Shown: piece by piece, positions 13,975 through 26,129 of the stretch
Numbering within the stretch: the first letter of the stretch is position 1
How the letters are laid out: every line of letters starts with the position of its first letter
Source of the DNA: Octopus sinensis
Lineage: Eukaryota
DNA length: 64,000 nt
Direction: 5' to 3'
Assembly (NCBI RefSeq): GCF_006345805.1
Contig: NC_043007.1
Location: forward strand, 37,634,001 to 37,698,000
Position numbers and translations under genes: made by a program
Notes under the pieces: model-generated
Told to the model about the DNA's origin: nothing
The model's input: the letters and a program-made list of their open reading frames with translations, nothing else
Database searches by the model: none

Positions 13975-14745
13975 GGGATCTTTTTTGTTTGGATGCCAAT
14001 TTTCAATCTATTCAATTTCTGTTCGAATTGATTTCATATTTGGTGTAATGATATAGTTTTATATGCTAATCAATGCCATGAAATTCATTTTCGCCATAAA
14101 TCAATAAATAAAAAGTTATTAGCTTTTAAAGTTTGCAAATTTGGGCAATTTTAACCAATCATAAGCCAGAGAGACAGTCATACCTGTTTCCATAGTAACG
14201 AGCCAAACATGAGAACTCTTTTGTTTGTGAGATAACACGTGTTGACAAATGTATTCTACACGAAAGCATGTTCGTCGACGCTGTGTTCTGCTGCTTGTGC
14301 CTATCTGTTACTTGTATCCTGGTCGAGAGATGTGCCAAAAAATAACAGCTAAACAGGCCTTAAATCACGCACCCCCACCCCCACATTTTTTCTTTCATAC
14401 AATCGTATGAATTCCTGGGTGTAGAATACAAATTTGCAAAAGATTTTCTGAAGATTCCAAAGAATATAAAAGTTATGAGGGGTTACATGTGTGTATAGCA
14501 GAAGTTAATGTATTTACATTTTTATATTAAAAAACGTCACGCACAAAATGACAGCTTCTAAGTCCTGTTTTCTGAGTGGACGAAAATTATCAAATTTTAA
14601 ACTTCTACAACTTTTATTTTTTAGATTTCTGGAAAAAGTGAAATATTTCCTGATATTCAGCTTGGAAAACTACATTAATACACTAAATTTTAAAATTTTC
14701 CATAAACTTTGAAAGTTCCACAGCTGCAGCCAAACAGAAAACAAC
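13975..14745. mobile_element. Degenerate MITE related to 10038-10482
   Basis: Begins gggatcttttttgtttggatgcca and ends gctgcagccaaacagaaaacaacc (imperfect TIRs). Confidence 0.45.
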
Positions 14746-15002
14746 CTTTATCTAATTTATATTTTATTCTTTTATGTGTTTCAGTCATTTGACTATGGCC
14801 ATACTGGAGCACCACCTTGAATTTTATATAATTTAATTTGGTAACTTTATTCAATTTGCTTTTAACTATAGGTGGTACCTTTATATTTGCTTTATTCTCT
14901 CTAGTTATGGACTTTATAATTCGTTACAAACCAGCATATTCTTTTATATTTTAACATTTTTGGCCTTTATAATTCTTTTAACATCTTCTTAATAACTTTT
15001 TT

Positions 15003-15440
15003 ACTCTTTTACTTGTTTCAGTCATTTGAATGCGGCCATGCTGGAGCACCATCTTGAAGTGTTTTTAGTCAAACAAATCAACCCCAGGACTTGCCTTTTA
15101 AAGCTTAGTAGTTATTCTATCAGTCTTTTTTACTGAATTGCTAAGTTATGGGAACATAAAACACACCAATACTGGTTGTTAAGCAGTGATGGGGAGGGGG
15201 AAAACAAACACACATATACATAAATATATACATATATATGTGTGTGTGTGTATAAATATATATATATATATATATATATAACAGGCTTCTTTCAGCTACC
15301 ATCTACCACATCCATTCACAAGGCTTTGGTTGGCCCAAGGCTATAGCAGAAGACACTTGCCCAAGGTGCCACACATTGGGACTGAACCCGGAACCATGTG
15401 GTTGGGAAGCAAGCTTCTTATCACATAGCCGTGTCTACGC
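15003..15440 (-). mobile_element. tRNA-derived SINE family A
   Basis: Reverse complement of ggcgtaggagtggctgtgtggtaag...ggttcagtcccac...gactgaaacaagtaaaag, as in 17444-17840. Confidence 0.9.
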
Positions 15441-16189
15441 CTTTTAATTTTTTCATAATCATGGTCCAACCTATATACTGAACCTATATGATTTTATTGT
15501 GACGATATTGGTTAATAAAAAACAGTCAGAGTCATGTTTTCTCATGTTTATTCTTACTGGGAATATCAGTTCTGTTCTTCATTCTTTATTATTTATGGCA
15601 TTTCAACTCATTACTTCATTATGGCTATATAACTGACTTTCGATATTTAACTAACATAAATTTATGAATCTGTAGTTTTATATTTTTGTGCTGACACTGA
15701 TTATTGCCTAAGCTACTTTCATTATTATTGAATATACATTTCTTTATGCCAATGTCATCTTCACATCAATGAGCTGACCACTTTAGATATTAGATTAGTC
15801 CTATTTTGTTTCTAATTAAGTATTTATAGATTGTTATTACTGGCACTTAAATTATGGCTATCTTTATAAATTTTTCCCTCCTCTCCTTCTCCCTACTTCC
15901 CTCTGAAATTTTGTAGATTCTTTCACTATTCACTGCATTTTACTTAAGGTATTTTTTCTCTGAAATTCCTAAAGTTAGAGCTAATATTCTATTAATTTTG
16001 CAATAACTAATCAGATCGCTTTAATCAAAATGAATTAAGTAACTGAATACTGAAATAAGTAATACTAGGATTATAAACTAAGTTGCTCCTTAATATACTA
16101 AGTAATATGACATAGTAAATGTTTCGTTTTTGGATTTAGTTTGCAAGATTCTTTATATGAGTTCGTGTGTTGAAGCATATTCTGTTGTC

Positions 16190-16412
16190 ATTTTCTTTTT
16201 GTGCCTTATAATCTAACACACTCACCAGTAAAATTTCCACGTATTTCTTATTTTTATTTTCCTAAATTTTCGTTGTGTCTTGCAACCTTTTCAATAGTCT
16301 TGACTCAAAGGTTACAAGATGCAACGAAAATTTTAGGAAAATAAAAATAAGAAATAAGTGGAAATTTTACCAGTGAGTGTGTTACATTATAAGGCACAAA
16401 AAGAAAATGACT
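16190..16412. repeat. Long palindromic repeat (PLE-associated type); single arm also at ~18650-18775
   Basis: ~100-bp arms tcattttctttttgtgccttataat...gcaacctt / aaggttacaag...ggcacaaaaagaaaatga. Confidence 0.8.
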
Positions 16413-17138
16413 TTCTCCAGACACAATAATAAATGTTATTTATTTTATAACAGCTCGGCAGCTGTCTTCACATATGTTTTTAGTGTCAAATATCAGGTTT
16501 GATGATTGTTATCTGCTAGTACACGTGCCTCTTTTGCCAATACCAGCCTTTATGAGCAAGGTTACTCAGTTTTAAGACATCTTGAAAATAGAAATATCTT
16601 TTAACTATTCTTTTAATTTCCACATTCTGCCAGCCACCATCATGATCAGCAGATTGTAGTCCCACCCTACCATGCATTTCTTAAATTTTGGTAAATCTGA
16701 TCAGAAATTTCACTTGATGATCTGTTGATTAATCAACGTGTTACAACTCGCTTGTTTATTCAATAAACTCAATGAGTTGAGACTTGCTTAGTATATTATA
16801 TAATCTTATGGATGTTATGCATGTTGAATATTTGACTGTATGTTGTTTACATTATAATAAAGATCTCTTACTGAAACAATTGTAGCAGTACCAGATTGTG
16901 CATTCATCTATTTTTATTATGTTTTTATGCCATCTTTGGAGACTAATTGTGTTGTGGATTACCAAACAACAGTGAATTTTTCTTCATCCATGCTTTGGCA
17001 ATGGATTATTAAACTGCTTGCCTTACAGCACTCTGTCCAGCCAACAATTGTGTCATGCTTCACTTTTGATATGCTTCAGTCATTTATGGATCCACTTTAA
17101 TCAAAACTATCTATCTATCTATCTATCTATCTCTATAC

Positions 17139-17199
<61 letters not shown>

Positions 17200-17405
17200 T
17201 TGTATATGTATGTATATGTGTGCATATATATATATATATATATATCCTCTTGTTGTTTTGTTAAATGTTCGATTGTTAACGTTCAACAGTTAATACTCAA
17301 TTTGACTATATATATATATATAATATATATATATATCCTCTTGTTGTTTTGTTAAATGTTCGATTGTTAACGTTCAACAGTTAATACTCAATTTGACTAT
17401 ATATA

Positions 17406-17443
<38 letters not shown>

Positions 17444-17446
<3 letters not shown>

Positions 17447-17840
17447 CGTAGGAGTGGCTGTGTGGTAAGTAGCTTTCTTACAAACCACATGGTTCCAGGT
17501 TCAGTCCCACTATGTGGTACCTTGGGCAAGTGTATTTTACTATAGCCTCAGGCCAACCAAAGCCTTGTGTGTAGATTTGGTAGGCAGAAACTGAAAGAAG
17601 CCTGTCGTATATATCTGTATATATATATGTATATGCATGTTTGTGTATCTCTGTTTGTCCCCCCCAACATCGGTTGACAACTGATGCTAGTGTGTTTACG
17701 TCCCCATAACTTAGCGGTTCAGCAAAACAGAGCGATAGAATAAGTACTAGGCTTACAAAGAATAAGCCCTGGGGTCGATTTACTCGACTAAAGGCAGTGC
17801 TCCAGCATGGCCACAATCAAATGACCGAAACAAGTAAAAC
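17444..17840 (+). mobile_element. tRNA-derived SINE family A, full length
   Basis: A-box tggctgtgtggt, B-box ggttcagtccc, internal (TA) tract, tail gaaacaagtaaaa; more than 10 copies in the window. Confidence 0.9.
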
Positions 17841-18324
17841 AGAATATATAGTAATAAAGTATACACACGCAGACACACACAAACAATCAAACATACACAT
17901 TATTTACTGTGGAGCTTACACATTATTCCACAATGTTATGGAGCCTTATTGAATAGTTCTAACATTACTACAAGTCCATAAATTTGTAGGGAAATGTAGG
18001 GGTACAGTGGGGTGCACAGGACGCTGTAAATGCCTGCTACACACTTTCACTGACATCCAATCAAACTAACACTCATTCATCCCTACTAATTCAACCTTAT
18101 TATTATTATTTTTTTTTCACTAAAACTTCAACGAAGTTCCAAAAGAGAAATGGCAAGTTTTCAGTTCTATATTTACATGATTTACATTAAGAGCTGAAAA
18201 TGTAAAACACCACCAAAATTATTTGTTGCTGTGTAATAGTAGCACATTTTGAATATTTGTTGGAGATATACACACAAGCATGCACAAACATGACTCAACA
18301 AATAACAACACACACACAATATAT

Positions 18325-18620
18325 TATCATCATCATCATCGTTTAACGTCCGTTTTCCGTGCTGGCATGGGTTGGACGGTTCAACTGGGGTCTGGGAAGC
18401 CCGAAGGCTGCACCAGGCCAGTCTGATCTGGCAGTGTTTCTACAGCTGGATGCCCTTCCTAACGCCAACCACTCCGTGAGTGTAGTGGGTGCTCTTTATG
18501 TGCCACCTGCACAGGTGCCAGATGAGGCTGGCGAATAGTCACACTTGGATGGTGTTTTTTATGTGCCACGGATACAGGTGCCAGACGAGGTTGGCGAACG
18601 GCCACACTCGGATGGTGTTT
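18325..18620 (-). mobile_element. SINE-like family C ((GAT)n tail, aggaagggcatccagctgtagaaa core)
   Basis: Homologous to 22060-22333, 33050-33410, 41320-41630, 43857-44152 and 50920-51150. Confidence 0.85.
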
Positions 18621-19062
18621 ATATATATATATCTTTTTTGCTGTGTCTGGGGAGTGTCGTTCTTTTTTAGTGCCTTTTTATTTAACACACACACACCAGT
18701 TCAGTTTCCACTCATTTACTTATTTATCTTTTCTAAGATTTTCATTGCATCTTGCAACCTTTTCAATAGTCATTGATTCTTCTGTTATCCGAGCTGCGTT
18801 CTTTTTGTTTGTTTGTGCACATGTGTGTGGGTCAATGTATATATATATATATATACACACATACACAAAATATATGTATACATACACACACGAGATATAT
18901 ATATATGTATATATAAATATATACATATATATAAACACACAAATTTTATAATTATAAGCATAATTATAATTAGGGTTCAGCAAATTGCTTCACCACATAC
19001 TGAAATTTAGAAATAGCAGGTATTTAAATTATTAGTACTCACGAATTTACAATTGAAATACT

Positions 19063-19131
19063 ACACTGAAGAAGGAAATAAGCAAGTAAAAATAAATATT
19101 TTACATCTCTTTAATCCTGAAACGCGTATGT
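19063..19131 (+). ncRNA. Minimal type-I hammerhead ribozyme motif
   Basis: aca-CUGAAGA-AGGA-(loop)-UCCU-GAAA-CGCG-UA-ugu; palindromic CGCG stem III; lies in the loop of inverted repeat 18939-19022 / 19232-19317. Confidence 0.7.
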
Positions 19132-19448
19132 CATTGATCAAAGCCAGGTGGATTCGTTATTTTTTCTCTTTACCTACGTCAATTAAGAGTAATGCTGTCT
19201 GAGAGATATCATATGGTAGAGGAATAGTATTTAACTGTTATTTCTAAATTTCGGTATGTGGTGAAGCAATTTTCTGAACCCTAATTATAATTATGCTTAT
19301 AATTATAACATTTTTGTATAAGGTTACCGATAAAGGTTATTTTAACATACCAAACTACTTGATAAAATTATTAATTATTAATTAGTTAATTAATTTTACT
19401 CTATATTATTATTGAATATATATATCTATATAAATATGTATGCACACA

Positions 19449-19522
<74 letters not shown>

Positions 19523-19752
19523 ATATATATACATAAATATATATAAATTAGAAAAAAATCCACCTTTTATCAATTCAAAAATGAAAAAAATTAAATTATA
19601 CTATTTAGAAAAATTACATATTATAGATAGATCAAACATATAACAATGATTCACTAAATTTTATATTTTGTGAAATTTGATTTAGTATTTCTAAATTGAA
19701 TTTTTCCCTGTAAGTTTGGAATAATATTCCCTCATATTATTATTATATATAA

Positions 19753-19787
<35 letters not shown>

Positions 19788-20105
19788 CATGCATGTATAC
19801 ACACACACACACACACAAACACATACACACATACTGGGTTGAGAAATGGTAACTAGGGAGATAAGATACTTGTGAATAAAGTCCATATGGCTTTTACACT
19901 GATATTTTATTTATCAGCCCACTTATGTTATTTATGTGCATGTGTGTATGAGAGAAAGAGAGAGAGAGAGAGAGACTATAGGTGTTTGTGCGGACACAAA
20001 TAAATGCATGTATGTACTAACACACACATATATAAATACATATTTTTCCTATTAACATGCAGCTTTCTGTCTCACTGAATATATGTCTCTGTGTGTGTAT
20101 ATATA

Positions 20106-20151
<46 letters not shown>

Positions 20152-20264
20152 GTATGTATATACATACATATATATATATGTATGTATATATGTATGTATA
20201 TTCTCGTGTACAAAAGCATGTTTAAATGTAAACACACAATATTTACAGAGATAAGTATGTATAG

Positions 20265-20294
<30 letters not shown>

Positions 20295-20300
<6 letters not shown>

Positions 20301-20905
20301 AATATAAGAGAGTGGTCACTATAGGCTCACTCTAGCACCAGTTATCCAAAAGGTTTCAACCACAAAAATACATGTTTCCCATGAAAGTCAGTACGATTGT
20401 TAGCTCACACGACAGGGCAAATAAAAAATAACAAAAATACAGATTATTTTGGGACAATGTTTCGCTATTAATGAATTAATGTAATTTTACTTACAAAAAA
20501 ATCCACTTGTAGCTCCTCAGCCAAAACTATCTGGATGAAATCCACCCAATCACACGCCAGATTTTACCATAACGATAAATACGCGTGTGGTTCATTGATT
20601 ACATCCGACGTTATAATTCAAATGCCCCAACTAACAGCGCGCCAAATTTTCACACGGAAAACAAATACAGCATTTAGAAATAAATGCAGCATAATTATAA
20701 TTAATTAATAAGGGTGAGAGAATAGATACTAATTTAATAGTATATCTATTCTACACCAAGTGGCCTAGTGCTCCGAGAAACCTGGATTATTATAATATTT
20801 TATAATATATTATAATATTTTTACAAAATAAATATAAGAGAGTGGTCACTATATGGCTCACTCTAGCACCAGTTAATCCAAAAGGTTTCAACCACAAAAA
20901 TACAT
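20295..20905 (-). mobile_element. Non-autonomous PLE/retrozyme-like unit with ~80-bp terminal direct repeats
   Basis: 20295-20373 is repeated at 20825-20905 (period 530 bp); flanked by (TA)n; contains a hammerhead. Confidence 0.7.
20447..20526 (-). ncRNA. Minimal type-I hammerhead ribozyme motif with intact core
   Basis: UUUUGG-CUGAGGA-GCUA-(loop)-UAGC-GAAA-C-AUU-GUC|CCAAAA; 6-bp stem I, 4-bp stem II, GUC cleavage triplet. Confidence 0.85.
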
Positions 20906-20989
20906 ACTAATTATATATATATATATATATATATACTCTGTGTGTGTTTATGTATATATATATATATATATATATGAAAATAACACCAA

Positions 20990-21770
20990 CATATCATTTT
21001 AACAGATATATCTAACAAAATTACATAAAATTATCTCGAAATACAAAAGAGTAAATTTATTCAATAAAACCACCATTGGCTTCAACCAAAGCCTCCAGGA
21101 AAATTGAAAATCTCTTGCAACTCTTCTGGACAGTCTCCTTGTTTAAGTTGGTGAATGCTGCCATAATCCTTGCCTTCAGTTCATCTTTGGTGTTACAAGG
21201 AGTTTTGTTGGTCTTTCACTCAACTGCACCCCACACATAATAATGAAGGGTGTTGCTGTTTGGAGAGTTAGGTTGCCAGACGTGGTCGCAAAAATTGTCT
21301 GACAGCTGTGACTGAGTTCTCCTGCTTCTGTGGCATGTTACAGAGTCCTGTTGCCGGACATAGGATCTTCCAGCAGCCACCCTTTTGATCCAGGGTAGCA
21401 CTACCTCCTCCAGGCACATGGCATAGGCATCCTGCTGAGTCTGAGGTCATGAGGGAAGATGAATGGAGGCATAACGTCACCATCATTAGTTTGATTTTTA
21501 TAACTCTCGGTATGTTTTAGGTACACGGCAAACCAACGGTTGTTCTGTGTATTCACCATCAGATCATATTGGAGATTCTCGTACAAATGCCATGCAGTAC
21601 AGCATGTTGCTTCTAAATTTCTAGCAGAGTAAATTGTGACATGGTGATGGCTTTCTCACAGAAGGTGCTCATCTATGCCATGTAGTCCACAAAATCAAAA
21701 ACAAACAAGGCACATGGGTGAAATTCAAAATATAATATAGCAGAAAGTTACCCATTGCACCCTCCATGTA
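20990..21770 (-). mobile_element. Decayed Tc1/mariner-superfamily transposase (DD37D/maT-like)
   Basis: LEEVVLPWIKRVAAGRSYVRQQDS..WQPNSPNSNTLHYYVWGAVE, plus VMPPFIFP in another frame. Confidence 0.75.
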
Positions 21771-21772
21771 TA

Positions 21773-22030
21773 TCTATATATATAAAACTGAGAATGTCTG
21801 TCTGTGTGTCTGTTTGTGTGCATCACTAAAACTTGATAACTACTAAACCGATTTCATTGAAATTTTACACATGCCCTACTTAGGCTCCTTGGAGTGCCAT
21901 GGGCCAAAAAAATTTTCGACTTCTTCCCTAATGCGAGCCCAGAGCAATCTCTTTTCTCTTAAAGTGTTTCAGTATTACACGCCAAAAGTGAAACAATAAC
22001 ATCTCTCTCGTAACGTGATATAATAGTTTC
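21773..22030 (+). mobile_element. Helitron-like 5' fragment
   Basis: Starts TCTATATATATAAAA followed by a gtct microsatellite, like 9476-9774; no 3' CTAG end seen. Confidence 0.5.
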
Positions 22031-22059
22031 ACTATTGTGTGGTTTCAATTTCAATTACT

Positions 22060-22333
22060 TTCGCTTGCCAGCCTCGCCTGGCCCCGTGCCGGTGACACGT
22101 AAAAGCACCATCCGTTCGTGGCCGTTTGCCAGCTCTGTCTGGCACCTGTGCAGGTGGCACGTAAAAAGCACCCACTACACTCATGGAGTGGTTGGCGTTA
22201 GGAAGGGCATCCAGCTGTAGAAACACTGCCAGATCTGACTGGGCCTGATGAAGCCTTCCAGCTTCACAGACCCCAGTTGAACCGTCCAACCCATGCTAGC
22301 ATGGAGAACGGACGCTAAATGATGATGATGATG
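22060..22333 (+). mobile_element. SINE-like family C
   Basis: gtggcacgtaaaaagcacc units, aggaagggcatccagctg core, (gat)n tail. Confidence 0.85.
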
Positions 22334-22463
22334 ATATATATATATATAGAGAGAGAGACAGAGACAGAGACAGACAGACAGACAGACAGATAGATATATC
22401 ATCATCATCATCGTTTAAAGTCGATTTTCCATGTTGGAATATATACAGATATCTATCTATCTA

Positions 22464-22500
<37 letters not shown>

Positions 22501-22678
22501 TTACATATATATCTGTATATATTTATATCTTTGTGTTTATATATATATATATATATATATACATACATACATACATACATATATATATATATATATTTGT
22601 ATATATATGTGTGTGTATATATATATTCTGTATGTATATGTATGTATATGCATGTATGTATATGTATACATATATATA

Positions 22679-22719
<41 letters not shown>

Positions 22720-22720
<1 letters not shown>

Positions 22721-25300
22721 CGGGAAGCTTTATGAAAATAAACAAAAGACGAAGGCAGGTGGAAAACAAACGAACAATTGTATTAGTATGGCGCTCAGGA
22801 AATATAAATAAAACAAGTCTTTAACGTTTCGAGCCTACGCTCTTCAACAGAAAGATACACAGAGAGAGAAAAACACAGAAAGAAGGAGAGAAAAAAAATG
22901 CGTGCAGTAGCTAACGAATCAACATGGCGATCTGATTTCGGCCAGAGGTCAAAGATCAAACATGAGACGCGAGAGCGAAATAAGGGGAGATAATAGGGTT
23001 GATAAAAGGGTTGAGGGACCAGCTAATAGTGCGTGGGAGGGGTCTGGATGTGTGTATGTATAGGGTTGGTGTATGTATTAGTATGTATAAGGGTGTGTGT
23101 GTGTGTGTGTGTATGAGAGAGTATTAGTGCGTAGGATTGGTCTGGACGTGCGTATGTATGGGGTTGGTGTATGTATTAGTATGTATTAGTATGTATTAGT
23201 ACGTATTGGTATGTATAGGTGTGTGTGTGTGTGTGTGAGAGAGTATAAGTGCGTATGCGGGGTCTGGACGTGTGTATGTATAGGGTTGGTGTAAGTATTA
23301 GTATGTACTAGTATGTATTAGTACGTATTAGTATGTATTAGTTGGTGTGTGTATTAGTATGGCACATCATATGTGATGTGATGTGTAAAGTCATGTGGTG
23401 TAGTGAGGAGAAGAGGGGGGAGAGAAGGGGAGGGGAAGAAGAGGGGGAGGAGAGGATGGGGAGAAGGAAGGGGAGGAGGGGATGAAGGAGGAAAGAGGGA
23501 GAGGGGGAGAGAGGGAGTGAGGGAGCAGAGGGAAGGGGAAGAGGGAGGGAGAAAGAGGGAAGAAGGGAAGGGGAGTAGGGGTGAAAGGATGAAGGACTGA
23601 AGAAGTAGGGGTCGGGGGGAGAAAGGATAGGTGAGGAGGGGGGAGAGGGGGGTTAGATGAGGAGGGGGGAGAGTTGAGACCAAATGGCGTATAAGAGCGA
23701 AGAGAGAAGATTAATTCCTGTTCACGGCGCAAACGGGAATCCGGATGGCCTCTGTGTAAGGACAAACCGAACACAGATAGGTGTTGCAAGGAGTGACCGG
23801 TGGAGCAGAAATGGCGTGAGACCGGTGTGTCGTTCGCAAGGTGGATGTCACGAAGGTGTTCCGCGAACGGTCAGCCAAGCGGCATCCCGTTTGTCCGATG
23901 TACAAGGATTGCAGAGAGAGCAAGAGATGCAATAGATAATATTGCTGGAGGTGCAGGTGAAGGAGTGGATGATGGGATAGGGTCGATGGTGGGTGCTAGT
24001 GAGGCGGGTGGTGTTGGAGAGGTAAGGGCAAGTGCGGCAACGTGGGCGGGAGCAGGGAAACGAGCCGGGTTGGGAGGTAGGGTCAGGGAAGGAGCTATGG
24101 ACCAAAAGGTCTCGAAGGTTGTGGGCTCGTTTGAAAGAGGGGAGGGGTCGGTTAGGGAAGAGGTGTGAAGTGGACGGGTCGGACTGGAGATGACGGAAAG
24201 CTCGAAGAATGGTGTGTTGGAGACGTAGGGTCGTGGGGTGGTAAGTGAGGGGAAAAGGGAGGCGGGAGACTACAGGGCGGGTTCGGGGAGAGAGAGCAGA
24301 TACACGGTCCACGGACCGTGCTCTGGCAAGGGCGGTGTGGATAGTGGTGAGGGGGTATCCACGTAGGGTGAAGTGGTGAGCCATACGTTGAGACTGAGTC
24401 TCAAAGTCATGGTCGTCACTACAGAGCCTACGTAGACGGAGGAATTGGAATAGGGGATGGAAAGCTTGGTGTGTTCTGGGTGGGAGGAAGAGAAGTTGAG
24501 GTATGAGTGTGAGTCTGTGTGTTTGTAGTGAATGGAGGTGGTAAGAGTGGAGTGAAGAATGCTAACCGAAATGTCGAGGAAGGAGACAGAGGTGTTGGAG
24601 ATAGTGGAAGTGAAGTGGAGGGCTGGATGGAAAGATTGGACGAAAGAGAGGAAGGAATCTAGATGTTCGCGGGAGAGTGAGGTGGCACCGATAATGTCGT
24701 CAATATAACGACCATATAGTTCAGGAGTGGGACCAGTGAAATTAGAGAATATTTGGGCCTCAACATAGCCAACGAACAGGTTCGCATAGTTGGGGCCCAT
24801 TCGCGTTCCCATGGCCACTCCCGAGACCTGATGGTAGAACTCGCTCGCGAACGAGAAGCAGTTCAGAGTAAGGACAAGTTCGGCCAGACGAATGAGTGTG
24901 GAGGTGTCAGGTACAGGGTTAGAGCGGAGGTCAAGAAAGTGTCGAAGGGCCTGCAGTCCTTCGTGGTGAGGGATAACAGTATAGAGGCTTTGGATGTCCA
25001 TAGTAAAAAGGATTTTGGAGGAGCCGGGAGGAAAGGAGAAAGAGTTGAAAAGCCGGAGAGCATGGTTGGTATCGTGGATGTGGGAGGGAAGAGATGCCAC
25101 TAGGGGGGCAAGGACACGGTCGAGGTATTTAGAGATGAGCTCCGTGGGGCAGTTACAGGCGGAGACGATGGGGCGGCCAGGGTTGTTGGGTTTGTGGATT
25201 TTGGGGAGGAAGTAAATGGTGGGGGTACGTGGGGTTCGCACAATTAGGTTGGATGCGGTGCGGGGGAGACGGGAGGACGAGATGAGGTCTTGGACAGTAG
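22720..25300 (-). mobile_element. Penelope-like element, 5'-truncated, RT plus GIY-YIG endonuclease with two frameshifts
   Basis: ORFs 24270-25328 (LPKIHK, GRPIVS, DIQSLYT, GVAMG, RYIDD), 23848-24384 (NIIYCISC) and 23711-23932 (SLYIGQTG); 3' repeat carries a hammerhead-like motif; both ends in (TA)n. Confidence 0.93.
22818..22855 (-). ncRNA. Variant hammerhead motif (CUGUUGA core) in PLE terminal repeat
   Basis: UCUUU-CUGUUGA-A-GAGC-GUAG-GCUC-GAAA-CG-UU-AAAGA. Confidence 0.6.
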
Positions 25301-25370
25301 AGATATATATATATATATATAAGAACAATCTTACTTAGAAATGGATGTGTGCATTCCGTCATATAATAAA

Positions 25371-25863
25371 TTAATAAATAGATAAAACATATGCATATAT
25401 ACATACATATATGTACGTACCTACCTCTACATGTATGTATACGTCGAACACAATGAGAAACAAAAACATAAACACAAAACCAAGGAAATGGACATTTTTC
25501 TTAAACAACGAAAATATAGAGTACAGGACATACAAAACAAGGAAGATTCCCCTTCTTCAGTCGCCTTTGTTTCATCTACTCCACATTTCGAAGTCATGTA
25601 TCGCCTTGACCTTCGAAACGTGGAGTAGATGAAACAAAGGCGACTGAAGAAGGGGAATTTTCCTTGTTTTGTATGTCCTGTACTCTATATTTTCGTTGTT
25701 TAAGAAAAATGTCCATTTCCTTGGTTTTATGTTTATGTTTTCGTTTCTCATTGTGTTTGACGTTTTTTTGGTGTCCTGTACCCATATATGCATGTATATA
25801 TACATGTAGAGGTAGGTACGTACATATATGTATGTATATATGCATGTTTTATTTATTTATTAA
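25371..25863. repeat. Near-perfect ~490-bp palindrome
   Basis: Arms 25371-25593 and 25611-25863, loop ~17 nt, ~30-nt indel in the right arm; flanked by (TA)n. Confidence 0.9.
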
Positions 25864-25864
25864 T

Positions 25865-25895
<31 letters not shown>

Positions 25896-26129
25896 TATAT
25901 AATATACTTATATATGTATATTTATGTATATATATATAATTATGAATGTATATTTGTGTATATACATATATTATATATATGTATATATATGTATGTATAT
26001 TTATGTATATGTATGTATATATATATGTATATAAGTTTATATATATGGGTATATATATGTATATATATGTGTGTGTAAATATGTATATGTGTGTTGATAA
26101 AAAATCGCTCCAATAAACCATAACATTCG

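Noticed and set aside
23040-23640. Purine-rich/G-rich tract and proline-rich ORFs (also 29600-30080)
   Set aside because: Low-complexity 3' region of the Penelope element, not a gene.
25605-25660. GAAAC and CUGAAGA boxes in permuted order inside the large palindrome
   Set aside because: No convincing stem I pairing; not called as a hammerhead.
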